A DNA stretch of 64,000 nt, from the IMG/VR virus record IMGVR_UViG_3300033156_000692. One strand, written 5' to 3'. The position numbers and the translations under genes were made by a program. The notes beneath the pieces were generated by a model. It was not told where the DNA came from. It did not search any database and saw nothing but the letters and a program-made list of their open reading frames with translations. Positions within the stretch are counted from its first letter, which is position 1. Each line of letters begins with the position of its first letter. Shown here piece after piece: positions 34,133 to 44,600 of the stretch. Origin of the DNA: a virus.

Positions 34133-35140
34133 ATGGCAGACGAGCTTGTGAACTATGGCGACATTCTGAAGAAGTTCACCACTTCTGAGATTCAGGCCGG
34201 CGGCGGGCTTCTGAATACCGACCAGGCCAAGCAGTTTATCCGCATGCTGGTGAACCAGTCTCGGCTCATGGGAATGGTCACCACAAAGGAAGTGCCGGCC
34301 GGGCACCTGACCGGTGAGATCTACACCATTGACATGACCGAGCCCGCCACCGTGGCCGCCGCTGAGGCCACTGAGTACACGGATGAAACCGTGTCCATCA
34401 CCACGGGCAAGCGGAGCTATGCCTGTGTGAAGAGCCGGTCGCAGTTCGAGATGACCTACGAGGACACCGTGATGACTGTTGAGGGTGGCCGGTTTGAGGA
34501 CACGGTGATGTCTCTGTGGCGGGATCGGCTGGCCATGGACCTGGAGATCCTGGCCATCCAGGGTGACGAGGACAAATACGCTTCCCCGACTACTCCCTGG
34601 GAGAAGCTGATTGACATCAACGACGGTTGGCTGACCCAGATGTTGGAGGCCGGGTCCGGCGTGCATGTGGTGGACCTGTCCGGCGAGACCACTCAGTACA
34701 TTACCCCGCAGGTATTCTCCAAGGCGCTGAATGCCCTGCCCGCCAAGTACCTGGCCATTGCTCAGTCTCGGTTCCGCTGGCTGATGACGCCCCACATCCT
34801 GAGTGACTACGAGGACTATCTCATGTCCCGCCAGGACAACCTCGGGGCCGCCATCGTGCAGCAGGGTGGGGCTACTCTGCGCCCCAAGGGCATCCCGATT
34901 GAGTCGGTGCCCATGCTGCCCGAGGACTTGGGGGACAGTCAGGATGAATCCGTGATTCTGCTTCTGGACCCCAAGAACCTGGTATGGGTAGTGGCCCGCC
35001 GGTTCGAGATTTACCGCCGGTTCATCCAGGAGAAGGACAGCTGGCGGTACACCGGCTATTCCTACCATGATTTCTTCATCGTTAACCCCGACTCCATCGT
35101 GGTGGTGAAGGGGCTGAAGCGGAATCCCGACTTCTCGTAA
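34133..35140 (+). CDS. major capsid protein (HK97 fold)
   Basis: Directly downstream of the protease-scaffold gene; 335 aa; followed by a strong stem-loop. Confidence 0.7.
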   Translation: MADELVNYGDILKKFTTSEIQAGGGLLNTDQAKQFIRMLVNQSRLMGMVTTKEVPAGHLTGEIYTIDMTEPATVAAAEATEYTDETVSITTGKRSYACVKSRSQFEMTYEDTVMTVEGGRFEDTVMSLWRDRLAMDLEILAIQGDEDKYASPTTPWEKLIDINDGWLTQMLEAGSGVHVVDLSGETTQYITPQVFSKALNALPAKYLAIAQSRFRWLMTPHILSDYEDYLMSRQDNLGAAIVQQGGATLRPKGIPIESVPMLPEDLGDSQDESVILLLDPKNLVWVVARRFEIYRRFIQEKDSWRYTGYSYHDFFIVNPDSIVVVKGLKRNPDFS

Positions 35141-35162
35141 TAGCGACTGAAAATCAAGGCTT

Positions 35163-35200
35163 GGTGGGTGGGGTACTGACTAGTCAGTGCCCCACCCATC
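35163..35200 (+). other. ~19-bp-stem hairpin (near-perfect palindrome centred on GACTAGTC) after the capsid gene
   Basis: Pairs listed by hand; 2 G-U wobbles; no following T-run. Confidence 0.6.
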
Positions 35201-35220
35201 CCTGATCCCTGGGGGTAGAT

Positions 35221-35523
35221 ATGGCACGCTGTAGGGCCTACACCAAGAGTGGCGATCGCTGTCGTGGTCGAGCCCTTGAAGGCAGCGACTTCTGCCGCAT
35301 CCACCAAAACTACGACGGGCCGCTGGCCCCCGTGGAGGAAGAGAAGGAGGAGACGGTGGTTGCCACCCAGAGGCCATACAAGAAATTCCGCATCCGTTTC
35401 ATCGGTCGTGGGTCATATCACTATCGTGGCTACTCGTTTACCGAGTACGGCGAAGAGAAAGAGGTGCCCCGCGATGTCTTTGAGTATTTGATCCAGCAAG
35501 AGGGGTGGTTTGAGGAGGCTTGA
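35221..35523 (+). CDS. hypothetical protein
   Basis: ORF. Confidence 0.45.
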   Translation: MARCRAYTKSGDRCRGRALEGSDFCRIHQNYDGPLAPVEEEKEETVVATQRPYKKFRIRFIGRGSYHYRGYSFTEYGEEKEVPRDVFEYLIQQEGWFEEA

Positions 35524-36110
35524 TGCCCACCCTGGTAACTCTGGATGAATTTAAGGCATCTGCTTTTTACAACTCCAGCCTGCTAGACGATCAGATTACC
35601 CAAGCCCTGGACCAGGCCGAGGCCCGGTTCTACAGCCTTACCAACCGGGACCACCTCGGCTATTGGTTTGTTGAGCGCACTGTCGAGAAAACGCTGCACG
35701 GAAACGGGCTTACGCTTATCCGCTTTCCCTACCCGGTGTTAGAGGTGGTGAGCGTAGTCTTGCTGGACACTGGGGAGGACATCACGTCCGATGTCCGGGC
35801 TTGGGGTGGCCATTATCTCTATTACGCAGATGGATGGCCGGATGGTACGGCGAATATCGTTGTCCAAGCCAAGGTGGGAGATCCCGCCTATGCTCCCGAT
35901 GGCACTGTCCCATTGGACGTGAAGCGGGCCATTATGAGGCTGGCGCGGAACTATCTGACCAGTAATCGGATTGCAGGGGAGCGCTATGTGGACCGCCGGC
36001 CTCCCTCTGACGAGGCCCCGCCACCTCCTACGCTGACAGGGGACCGGGAGGTGGATGGCATTATCCGCTCTTATGTAGTTGGGGACATCTCGGGGGCGTT
36101 CATATTCTGA
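35520..36110 (+). CDS. putative head-tail connector/adaptor protein
   Basis: Position; N-terminal resembles gp6-like adaptor (LLDDQITQALDQAEARF). Confidence 0.4.
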   Translation: MMPTLVTLDEFKASAFYNSSLLDDQITQALDQAEARFYSLTNRDHLGYWFVERTVEKTLHGNGLTLIRFPYPVLEVVSVVLLDTGEDITSDVRAWGGHYLYYADGWPDGTANIVVQAKVGDPAYAPDGTVPLDVKRAIMRLARNYLTSNRIAGERYVDRRPPSDEAPPPPTLTGDREVDGIIRSYVVGDISGAFIF

Positions 36111-36880
36111 TGTTTAACGGCTATGTGTTGACGACTACTGTCCACCCGGGAAGGGGCAGTCCCCGTCCTGTCGATTGGGGGGCCTTTTGCCAGGCTCTGA
36201 GGGAGTCTGTCGGGGACCGCTATGACCCCATGATTAAGCAGGTTCTGCTAGGGGCCGCAGAGGAGGCCAAGCGGACGCTGATTGAGTGGGGGGAAAGCGG
36301 GCGGATGATGCCGCCGAAGAAAGATTTGGCGGCTGGCACCCGAGCTCGGAAGACCGCCTTGGGATACAGCGGGTACTGGCTATACGAAACCGGTGAAATG
36401 CTCAATTCACTGGAGCCCCAGATCATCCGATTAGAGGGTGCGGGTTTAGCGGCGGGGCTTGTGCTGCCGGGTGAAAAAAGGCCATCCCACGGTGGGGGGA
36501 AGGCGGGGATGAACTATGCCCGCCTCGTTCAGATGTTGATCTACGGATGCACCATCAACGTCACCGATCCTGTGAAAGTGCAGCGCATGATCGCCTATTT
36601 GAAGGGGTTAGGCATACTGGGAGAGGGCGAGACGCCACAACATGCGTACGAGGACTCCGAAGGCGGCATCACCATCTACATCCCCCCACGTGGGGAGCTG
36701 ATCCCCCCTGAAGTCAAGAACGCTGTATCTCAGAGAGTGCGCCGCTATTTGATGAACTACCTTCGGGAGAGGGTTCGGGTGGCCATGGAAGTGATTGGCC
36801 GCGAGCACTGGGATGCTACGCTCCCGGTCAAGGTTAGGTTCGCCACCCGCAGCGTTAAGCCGCCTGAGTACCGTGCATAG
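36110..36880 (+). CDS. hypothetical head/neck protein
   Basis: ORF in the morphogenesis block. Confidence 0.45.
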   Translation: MFNGYVLTTTVHPGRGSPRPVDWGAFCQALRESVGDRYDPMIKQVLLGAAEEAKRTLIEWGESGRMMPPKKDLAAGTRARKTALGYSGYWLYETGEMLNSLEPQIIRLEGAGLAAGLVLPGEKRPSHGGGKAGMNYARLVQMLIYGCTINVTDPVKVQRMIAYLKGLGILGEGETPQHAYEDSEGGITIYIPPRGELIPPEVKNAVSQRVRRYLMNYLRERVRVAMEVIGREHWDATLPVKVRFATRSVKPPEYRA

Positions 36881-36892
36881 AGTGTCTGTGAG

Positions 36893-37441
36893 ATGGATCT
36901 GACGGGGTTCCGGCGCAGCATAGGTGACTTATTGCAAAGTATTTTCCCTGACTATCAGGTGCTGTACACCCGAGATGTGCTCCAGTACGAGCGGGTGGAG
37001 CTACCGCTTGTCACCTACCACCTGGATGTCAGGCCGGCTACCGATGAGCGCCCGACGTGGTACGAGACGGAAAAAGACATGGACTCCATGACCGGCTCGG
37101 TCAGCGAGAGGATACCGTGCAACCTGACGCTACGTGTCGGCCTGCATTCGTTGGAGATAACCGAAAACGAGGCTATGGAAGCCTCGCTTTTGCGGGCCTG
37201 GGGCCGCGCTCCCGCCCTGCTTGGGGTTGGCTTCAGGCTGGAAGAAGGACCAGTGAAGTTCCCGGCTGATGAGTGGGGAGTCTACGCCACCTATTACACC
37301 TGGGTCGGTTGGGCGTACCTGGAAGGCCCAACCGAAACCGCCCCACTCATTCAGGAAATTAGAGGCCAGTTTTCAATCCACGATGTTGTAACTGAGGAGT
37401 CGCTGCTAGACGAGAGTTGGGAACTGAAGGAGACACCATGA
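36893..37441 (+). CDS. hypothetical tail-completion-region protein
   Basis: ORF. Confidence 0.45.
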   Translation: MDLTGFRRSIGDLLQSIFPDYQVLYTRDVLQYERVELPLVTYHLDVRPATDERPTWYETEKDMDSMTGSVSERIPCNLTLRVGLHSLEITENEAMEASLLRAWGRAPALLGVGFRLEEGPVKFPADEWGVYATYYTWVGWAYLEGPTETAPLIQEIRGQFSIHDVVTEESLLDESWELKETP

Positions 37442-37815
37442 GTGACCAAACAATTGAAATGCCTGATTCCTCTTGGACAAAAGCCCAACTTCTGGAGTTT
37501 TGCGCCGAACAAGGGATAGAAGCCTCTGAGTCCCAGACGAAGGCCGAGATCCTAGATGCGATTTGGGCGGCGATGGGTTGGGGGTTCGTAGAGGAACAGG
37601 CTACAGAGGGAGGGCAAGCAGAGATGACCTATACGGTGAAGAACGTAAGCAGATTAGTTCGCAATGTCTGCCTGCCGGGGCCGGATGGAAAGCTGAATGA
37701 CAGTCGGTATCTCCAGCCCCGTGAGACACTGATTCTCAACGAGGAACAGTTCAAGTCTCCTCGTGTGCAGGCAATGTTGCGCCAAGGGATTCTGCGGCTG
37801 GTGAAGGCTGAGTAG
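37438..37815 (+). CDS. hypothetical protein
   Basis: ATG with GGAG RBS. Confidence 0.45.
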   Translation: MSDQTIEMPDSSWTKAQLLEFCAEQGIEASESQTKAEILDAIWAAMGWGFVEEQATEGGQAEMTYTVKNVSRLVRNVCLPGPDGKLNDSRYLQPRETLILNEEQFKSPRVQAMLRQGILRLVKAE

Positions 37816-37826
37816 TGAGGTGACCT

Positions 37827-39398
37827 ATGGCAACTACTACTATTGGCAACGAACTCCTTCGTAAGCCAGACGTATACCTGATTGAAACCGAGGTTGGCGG
37901 CCAGGCGCTTCAGCTTGCCGGTACTGGTGCCGCTGCCATGATCGGTATTACCGATAAGGGGCCGGTTGGAAAGGCCACCCTGGTGACATCTCTGGCCCAG
38001 TTCTATCGGGAGTTCGGGCATGACCTCTCGTTCCCGCTGGTACGGGCGGCCCGGGCCTACTTCAACATGGGCGGCCACCGGCTCTATGTGGTGCGCACCG
38101 CTCACTACACCGATGTCGCCGATCCATCTACATGCACGGCTGTGGCTGCGAGCACGACCATCACTGATGGTGGAGAGCCAGCCACCGATGTCCTTGAGAT
38201 CAAGGCCAAGACCCCGGGCACCTGGGGCAATAACCTGATTGTGGTGATCGAGAACGTCGATCAAACCGAGAACACCTGCGATGTGGTGGTTTACGAAGGG
38301 TCTAACGAATGGTATGGCGTCAAGGAACGGTGGGTGGGCGTGTCCTTTGACGAATCCGACGAAAAGTTCATCGAGAACGTAATCAATCATGAGTACAAAG
38401 GCTCCACGAACATCGTTGTGACCTACCTCCCCGCCGAGGGAATTACCCTGCCGTCTGAGGGCACCTACCAGCTCACTGGCGGCGATAACGGTACGAGCGA
38501 CCTGGTGGACAGTGACTACATCGGGGACAAGGGCGCTGGCACCGGCATGTACGCCCTGGATAACGTGTATGAGCTTCTGACGATTTCTCATCCGGGCGTG
38601 ACCTCTGAGACAGTGATCTCTCAGGCCCTCTCTTGGGTGCTGTACAACACCAACCGGCGCCCTCCTCAAACTGATTTTTATGTGTATGACATTCCAGAGG
38701 GCTCTACTCCCCAGGAAGCGCTTGATTTCGTGGCCAACCTGACCGTGGGGGCGACCGGCTACGAGGCCGTGTACTACCCGATGCTCAAGGTGGAGGGTGT
38801 AGTCGAGCCTGCCGCTCCCTACATGCAGGGCGTCTATTCCCATAACGACCGCATCCGGGGCGTGTGGCAGGCACCTGCCGGGACCAAGTTCTCCATTGAG
38901 TGGGCATCCGGTCTTGCGTATGACCTCACTGAAGGGGACCAGGAGCTTCTGAACCCCTACGGCATCAACTGCATCGTGCGGAAGCCGTTCCACGGCATTG
39001 TGCCTTGGGGTGCTCGGACGCTCCATGTGCATCACAAGGACCGCTACATCCAGGCTCGCCGGCTGGTGAATCTGATCAAGAAAACCCTCTACGACGGCTG
39101 CCAGCAGTTCCTCTTCGAGCTCAACGCTCCCAAGGTGTGGCAGCGGATTGAGGACACTGCCTACGGTCTTTTGATGACCCTCTACGACATGGGAGCGTTC
39201 GGCGGGAAGACTCCAGAGGAGTCCTTCTTCGCCAAGTGCGATGAGGAGACTAACCCGCCTGAGCTTGTTGAGCAGGGTGCCTGTGTGTGTAAGATCGGTA
39301 TCGTCCCGCCAAAGCCAGTCGAATTCCTCATCTTCGAAGTCATGTTGTACCCAGAGGGCAGCTTGCCCGAGGGCATCGAGAAGTACCTGAGCACCTAG
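37827..39398 (+). CDS. contractile tail sheath protein
   Basis: C-terminal sheath signature GINCIVRKPFHGIVPWGARTL; 523 aa. Confidence 0.85.
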   Translation: MATTTIGNELLRKPDVYLIETEVGGQALQLAGTGAAAMIGITDKGPVGKATLVTSLAQFYREFGHDLSFPLVRAARAYFNMGGHRLYVVRTAHYTDVADPSTCTAVAASTTITDGGEPATDVLEIKAKTPGTWGNNLIVVIENVDQTENTCDVVVYEGSNEWYGVKERWVGVSFDESDEKFIENVINHEYKGSTNIVVTYLPAEGITLPSEGTYQLTGGDNGTSDLVDSDYIGDKGAGTGMYALDNVYELLTISHPGVTSETVISQALSWVLYNTNRRPPQTDFYVYDIPEGSTPQEALDFVANLTVGATGYEAVYYPMLKVEGVVEPAAPYMQGVYSHNDRIRGVWQAPAGTKFSIEWASGLAYDLTEGDQELLNPYGINCIVRKPFHGIVPWGARTLHVHHKDRYIQARRLVNLIKKTLYDGCQQFLFELNAPKVWQRIEDTAYGLLMTLYDMGAFGGKTPEESFFAKCDEETNPPELVEQGACVCKIGIVPPKPVEFLIFEVMLYPEGSLPEGIEKYLST

Positions 39399-39416
39399 TC
39401 GGGGTGGTGATCGCTG

Positions 39417-40388
39417 ATGGCACTGGGTGTCACTACTGAACAGCGGGCACGCAACTTCCTATTCACGATTGAAGTAGCGGGCTCGAAGACGGAGCACAAG
39501 CTGCTGGGGGTAAGTGGCCTTCAGGCGGTCATTAACCCCGTTGAGGTGCGGGAGTCTAACCGGATTGACATAGGCCGGTTGGCCGGGCACGCCACCGTGG
39601 ACAACTTCACGGTACGGGAGGCCCCAATCAAGGGATGCCTGGATGAGCCCGTGGGGAACTTCCTGTTCGAGTTGGAAATCCAAGGTGGTCCCGTGCTGCA
39701 TCTGCGCCGGGTCAGTGGCCTGGGTGTTACATGGCAGGCCATTGAGAACAAGGAAAGCAACGAGCTGGCCATTCAGAAGCTCTGGGGGCACAAGTCTTAT
39801 CCAGACATTACCGTCGAGGCTGTGGTGGACTGGGAAAGCAAGGACCAGTTTAAGAAATACCTGGACAAGGTGGCCAACTTCACTGGTCCCGGTCCTCAGT
39901 TCGCTCATGCCGAGGCCACGTGCCCCTATATCCAGGATGCTGTGCTGCGTGTCTTGAGCAATGACAAGGAAGTACGGGCGACCTGGAAGATCCGCCGGGC
40001 CTGGGTACTCAACTGGACCCCGCTCGGGGATCTTGACGCCACTGCGGATGACGTAGCCATCGAGCGCATGACGCTGGCTCTGGACCCGCTGCCCAACTCC
40101 CAAGGGATTGCTGAAGACATCTTCTCTCCGTTCGAGCCAGCTCAGATGGGGGCTTCTGAGTGGTACGACTTCGTGGCTGCCGCCTGGGATATTCCCTATA
40201 AGAGGGACCTCATCCTCCACACCTACGATCCTGGCCAGAATCCTGGCAAAGACCAGCCGAAGGCCTCTTACAAGGTGTTCAATGCCTGGGTCAGTGAGAT
40301 CCGGTATGGCGACTTTGATGCCAACGCCGACGAGATCCTGACCCGTGAGGTGACAATTACCGCCGAGGGAATCAAGCCTCTGCGGTAG
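39417..40388 (+). CDS. tail tube protein with two tandem tube domains
   Basis: Repeated NFLFTIEVAGS... / NFLFELEIQGGPV...VSGL modules resembling gp19/FII-type tube. Confidence 0.65.
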   Translation: MALGVTTEQRARNFLFTIEVAGSKTEHKLLGVSGLQAVINPVEVRESNRIDIGRLAGHATVDNFTVREAPIKGCLDEPVGNFLFELEIQGGPVLHLRRVSGLGVTWQAIENKESNELAIQKLWGHKSYPDITVEAVVDWESKDQFKKYLDKVANFTGPGPQFAHAEATCPYIQDAVLRVLSNDKEVRATWKIRRAWVLNWTPLGDLDATADDVAIERMTLALDPLPNSQGIAEDIFSPFEPAQMGASEWYDFVAAAWDIPYKRDLILHTYDPGQNPGKDQPKASYKVFNAWVSEIRYGDFDANADEILTREVTITAEGIKPLR

Positions 40389-40653
40389 CTCTTGCGCGGG
40401 TGGTGAAGCGGCGGGCTACTTCGACCTATATTAGGTTGCCCAGACTATTAGAAACCCCTGCCGCGAGTGTTCCCCCCATTATCTAGCCCGGTACTAGGAG
40501 CGGGGCGGTGCAAGCCCGCCCACCGGGCCACCACTCTGTCACCCCTTCTCCCGGGGCTCGCTGTTTCCTCCTCCCTGGGGCCGGGCATATCCCCCCGTGC
40601 CCGGCCCACCCCGGGGCCTGCTCCGCACACATATCAACACGCAGGAGGTCTGT

Positions 40654-41469
40654 ATGCCGAAGAAAAAGCTCGTCCTTGAGGATGGTATGGAGATAGAGCT
40701 TCCGGTGCCCTGGCGCATCGGCAAGCAGGCCTACAACACCATCAAGGTGCGCGGTCTGCGGGGCGGGGATTTGCGCCGGGCCAGCATGCTGCTTGAGCGC
40801 AAGAGGCCCGATTACAGTGCCTATGCGATTCTGCTGCGGGCTGGCATTGAGGAGGTGCCCGGGTACGGGGCGGTGACTACCGATACCGTTATGGATATGC
40901 CGTGGGTGGATGCTGAAGTCATTTACCACTATATGACGCTGCTTGATCTGGATGATCCCGAGGAACCGGTGACTCTATTCCGGCCATGCGCGAGCTGTGG
41001 CGAGGTAGTGACCCTCAAGGTTCCTCTATGGGGGCTTAAGGTCCATAAGCCGAAAAACAGCCGCTTTCTTGCTTCCGAGGACCAAACGTTCGATGTTGAG
41101 ATCAGCACGCCGATTACGTCAGTGGATAAGGACGGGGAATACACCACATTGACCATCGGTCTGGTGACCGTAGGGGACATGATTGACATGTTAGGTCGGG
41201 CCACCGAATCTACGGGAGAGCTGGAGTACTGGCATCTTCTCTACATGCTATATCGGATTGGGCCGAAGGAAAAGGGGCAGTTCGGCATGGAGGTTGTAGA
41301 GGAGATGCGGCCCAGGGACATCCGCCGGATTCTGAAGGAGTACTATGACAATGAGCCCCACATCGAGGCTCCCGGTCCTCAGCCATGCCCTCGCTGCGGC
41401 GAGGAGGTAACCATCGGGCGGATCGTTTACCCACAGGAACTCCTTATCCGCTCCCCTTTAGTTATGTAG
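40654..41469 (+). CDS. tail assembly chaperone (G-like)
   Basis: ATG with GCAGGAGGT RBS; position between tube and tape measure; ends 3 codons after a slippery heptamer. Confidence 0.55.
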   Translation: MPKKKLVLEDGMEIELPVPWRIGKQAYNTIKVRGLRGGDLRRASMLLERKRPDYSAYAILLRAGIEEVPGYGAVTTDTVMDMPWVDAEVIYHYMTLLDLDDPEEPVTLFRPCASCGEVVTLKVPLWGLKVHKPKNSRFLASEDQTFDVEISTPITSVDKDGEYTTLTIGLVTVGDMIDMLGRATESTGELEYWHLLYMLYRIGPKEKGQFGMEVVEEMRPRDIRRILKEYYDNEPHIEAPGPQPCPRCGEEVTIGRIVYPQELLIRSPLVM

Positions 41470-41693
41470 ACCCCTACGACGGCAAAGAGGTGGCCATCTC
41501 CATCTGGGACCAGGCCATGATCCTGGGAAAGCATTTTCACATACAACCGTCTGAGGTTTGGGTAATGCCCGTTTGGGAGCTGCGCAGGTTTGTTGAAAGG
41601 GCGCTCGCAGTGATCGCCGACGAGCGTCGCCAGAGCGACAAGCTACAGGAGAAAAGCGCAACCCCACCTGCGAGAACCATTAGGTACGTCTAA
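40654..41693 (+). CDS. tail assembly chaperone -1 frameshift fusion product (G-T-like)
   Basis: Slippery heptamer CCCTTTA at 41454..41460 in X-XXY-YYZ register; the -1 frame stays open to 41693, where TAATG overlaps the tape-measure start. Confidence 0.45.
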
Positions 41694-44600
41694 TGGCGGG
41701 AGACAGATACCAAAACTACGTCTGGCAGGTAATAGGCTGGCGGGTTGACGAGGCCAGCGCCAACGCCACCTTCCAGCGTGTTTCTAGCTCGGCCCGTCAA
41801 ATGGGCCAGGCGGTCAGCCGCGAATTCCAGCGGGGGATGTCTGGGGCCAGTGCGGCTATAGGACGGGTAGCGGATGAGTTTGGCCGCATGGCCTTCCGGT
41901 ACACCTACTACGCCATGATCATCGGGCGCCTCAGCCAGTATGTGTTGGGGCGCTTGATGACCCGCCCCTTCTACCAGGCGGCCCAGGAAATGGACTCTGC
42001 TCGCGCCCAGTTGCGGGTTCTGACCGAGGATACCGCCAAATATATTGACCTCTTGACCCAAGCCGCCCAGCAGCTCGCCCTGGTGTTGCCGGAGACAGCC
42101 ACCGACATCGTACAGGGCTTTACCGCCGCCTTGCGGGCAGGCAGGCCGCTTAGCGAGCTGCGGGATCTAATCGAGTCCGCCTCTTCTCTGCGACTGATTT
42201 CAAAGCAAGCCCTTAGAACAGAGGTTGAATACATGTCTCTGTTGAGGGCTGCCTATCCTGGGTATACCCCCGGGCGCCTTGGTGACATCATGGCCAAGGC
42301 CGCCACCATGAGCGTCTTCGGCGTGGCCGAACTGGAAGATGCTGTGCGGCGGGGCTTGAGCACCATGGCTTCCCTGGGGATGGCCTTCGAGTCGGGTGTT
42401 GCCCAGATCCTCTCCTTTGCCCAGGTGGGAGTGGAGCCAACTCGGGCCGGTACGATGCTGCGACGGCTGACGATGCGTGAGCTTCAGCCCCGTATTCGGC
42501 AATGGTCGGCCAGCGCATTTTCTTACCTGCGTAGCTGGGCTTACCGACTGGCGGACGAGACTGGAGAGTACTTCCAGCGGCTCGTGGAAGGGCTGGGAGG
42601 CGATATCGAGCGCGCTCGCGCCATCGTCCGCGAGATCCAAAACATGCCGCAGGTCCCGGACTACACCCGCCCCGGGGAGACAACCTACTGGACAGCCACT
42701 GCTGCTCAGATTGCCCAGATCCTTGAGCCAGAGAGGTATTACCAGCGTATTCGCCCCGGCCTGACCGAGATCTGGGGTGTGCGCGAAGTTGAGCCCTTCC
42801 TTGCGGTAGCTGGCTTTAGGTATAAGACGCCCACTGGAGAGATCCTGCGGGGCATCGAGGCCTTCAGATACCTGGAACAGACCCTCCGCGATTCAGAGGG
42901 TGCCCTTAAGCGGGTTATTGCCGAGTATCGCAAGAGCTATGAGTGGGCTGAGGCGCAGGCCCGGGCCACTTCACAGGCGTTTAAGCAAACGCTGGGGCTG
43001 CCCATGTTGGAGAACGTCCGGATCTTTAAGTTGGCTCAGACCGCCATCGTTGGCGCCCTAGTGGGGCTCATCACCGGTTCAGATAAGCTCATGGACCGAT
43101 GGCAGGAGCTGGGCGGCACCATGGAGGCGCTGAAGCAGGCCGTCCAGGACAGCTCCAGTCGGCTTGGCCAGTTCAGGGCTGCCATGATCGCCACCACCAT
43201 TCAGGTTACCGGTATTTTCATGAAGATACTGGGGCTGTTGGGCTTGGCGGCATCTACGTTCGGTCTTATCGGCGTTAAGGCCATGGACGTAGCCGAACAG
43301 ATGATTGCTGAGGGTACGATTCCTCTGTTAGGGGCAATTCCCGGTGAGATATTGGCTAGGGCGCGGCGCACTGTCATCCTGCCTGGAGGCAGAAGGGTTA
43401 CACAGGGACAATGGTCCCCCCTCTATGTGATTTGGCGGGCCTTGCTTGCAAAGGCTGCCAGCCCATTTAAGACCATAACGGCTATCTTCACCAGTATCTT
43501 GGCACTGGCCTGGATTTGGCATGCCAACCTGGGGCGCATCCGGTCCCGCATGGACAACCTGGTAGGCAGGCTGGAGGGTGTCACCGACATCGTGAAGACC
43601 ATTGCCGATACGGTGCGCGGTTTCTTCTATCCCCTTACCAGCTTGCTAAGTGGCTTGCGTGTTGGTTTCAACGCCGCCCTGAACCTATTTGCGTGGGGGC
43701 TGCGGGGAGCTATCGAGATTTTTACCCTACTAGGGAAAGCATTGAGGGCTATGTGGGAGAGCCCGTTTGGGCGGGCGGTGCGCTTTATTGTCAGCTTCCC
43801 GCTCAAGATGTTCGGTGGGGTGGCTGGCTTCTTTACGGGCCTGGCGTTCATATTCTGGATGCTGGAGCGGTGGGGCAGGGCAATCGCTACTGTCAAAAGA
43901 TGGTATGCCGGGAGCCGGATCGCCAGGTGGGTGAAGAACCTCACCGATATTCTTAGTGTTGAGGGATGGGAGGGGCTCGGCAAGCGGGCAGGCTCCCGCA
44001 TTGACCGCATGTTCGGACGCCTCTTGGGGTGGAATCTTAGGCGATTTGGCAAGGGGCTTAATGCTCTGATAATGAACCTCCAGTTTTATATCGGACTGGT
44101 ACTGGGGGCATTCAAAGAGCAAGGGCTTGTGGGTGGCATCAAGACGGCCCTATCGGTATTGCTAAATGCGGCCTGGAGCTTTTCGAGCGCTTTGGGTCGC
44201 TACATTGCCCAGCTTGCCTCTCCCTTGACTGCGTTTATTCGCGGGCTGTTTACATCGTCCGTTATTCTTCAAAAGCTCGCCGAATTTCTTAAATCGCAGA
44301 TCATGTGGCGCGCTGTTGGTTGGCTGGCCGGAACCCGGCTCGGGAAATGGGTGGCCACCCTGCTTGGTTCTCTTCTCGGGCGCGGACGTGGAGGCGGCAC
44401 TATTACAACGACCGCCGGCCTGCTGGGGCTTATTGCTGGCCAACCCTTCCGCGGTTGGGGGATGGAAATATTGTGGGGCGAGTTCATTTGGGGGCTTAAG
44501 GAGACGGCTTCTATCCTCAAGGGTGGCCTAATCTCGGCCCTTCAGAGGTTCAGGGATTGGCTGGCGACAATAGTTGCCTCGCGCTGGTTCCCAATGCCAT

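Noticed and set aside
34115-35068. 317-aa antisense ORF inside the major capsid gene, and similar long antisense ORFs (for example 37629..39035 inside the sheath gene, 40483..40929, 42200..42683)
   Set aside because: High GC content suppresses stop codons in antisense frames. These ORFs have low-complexity Gly/Pro/Arg-rich translations, no RBSs, and overlap well-supported structural genes.
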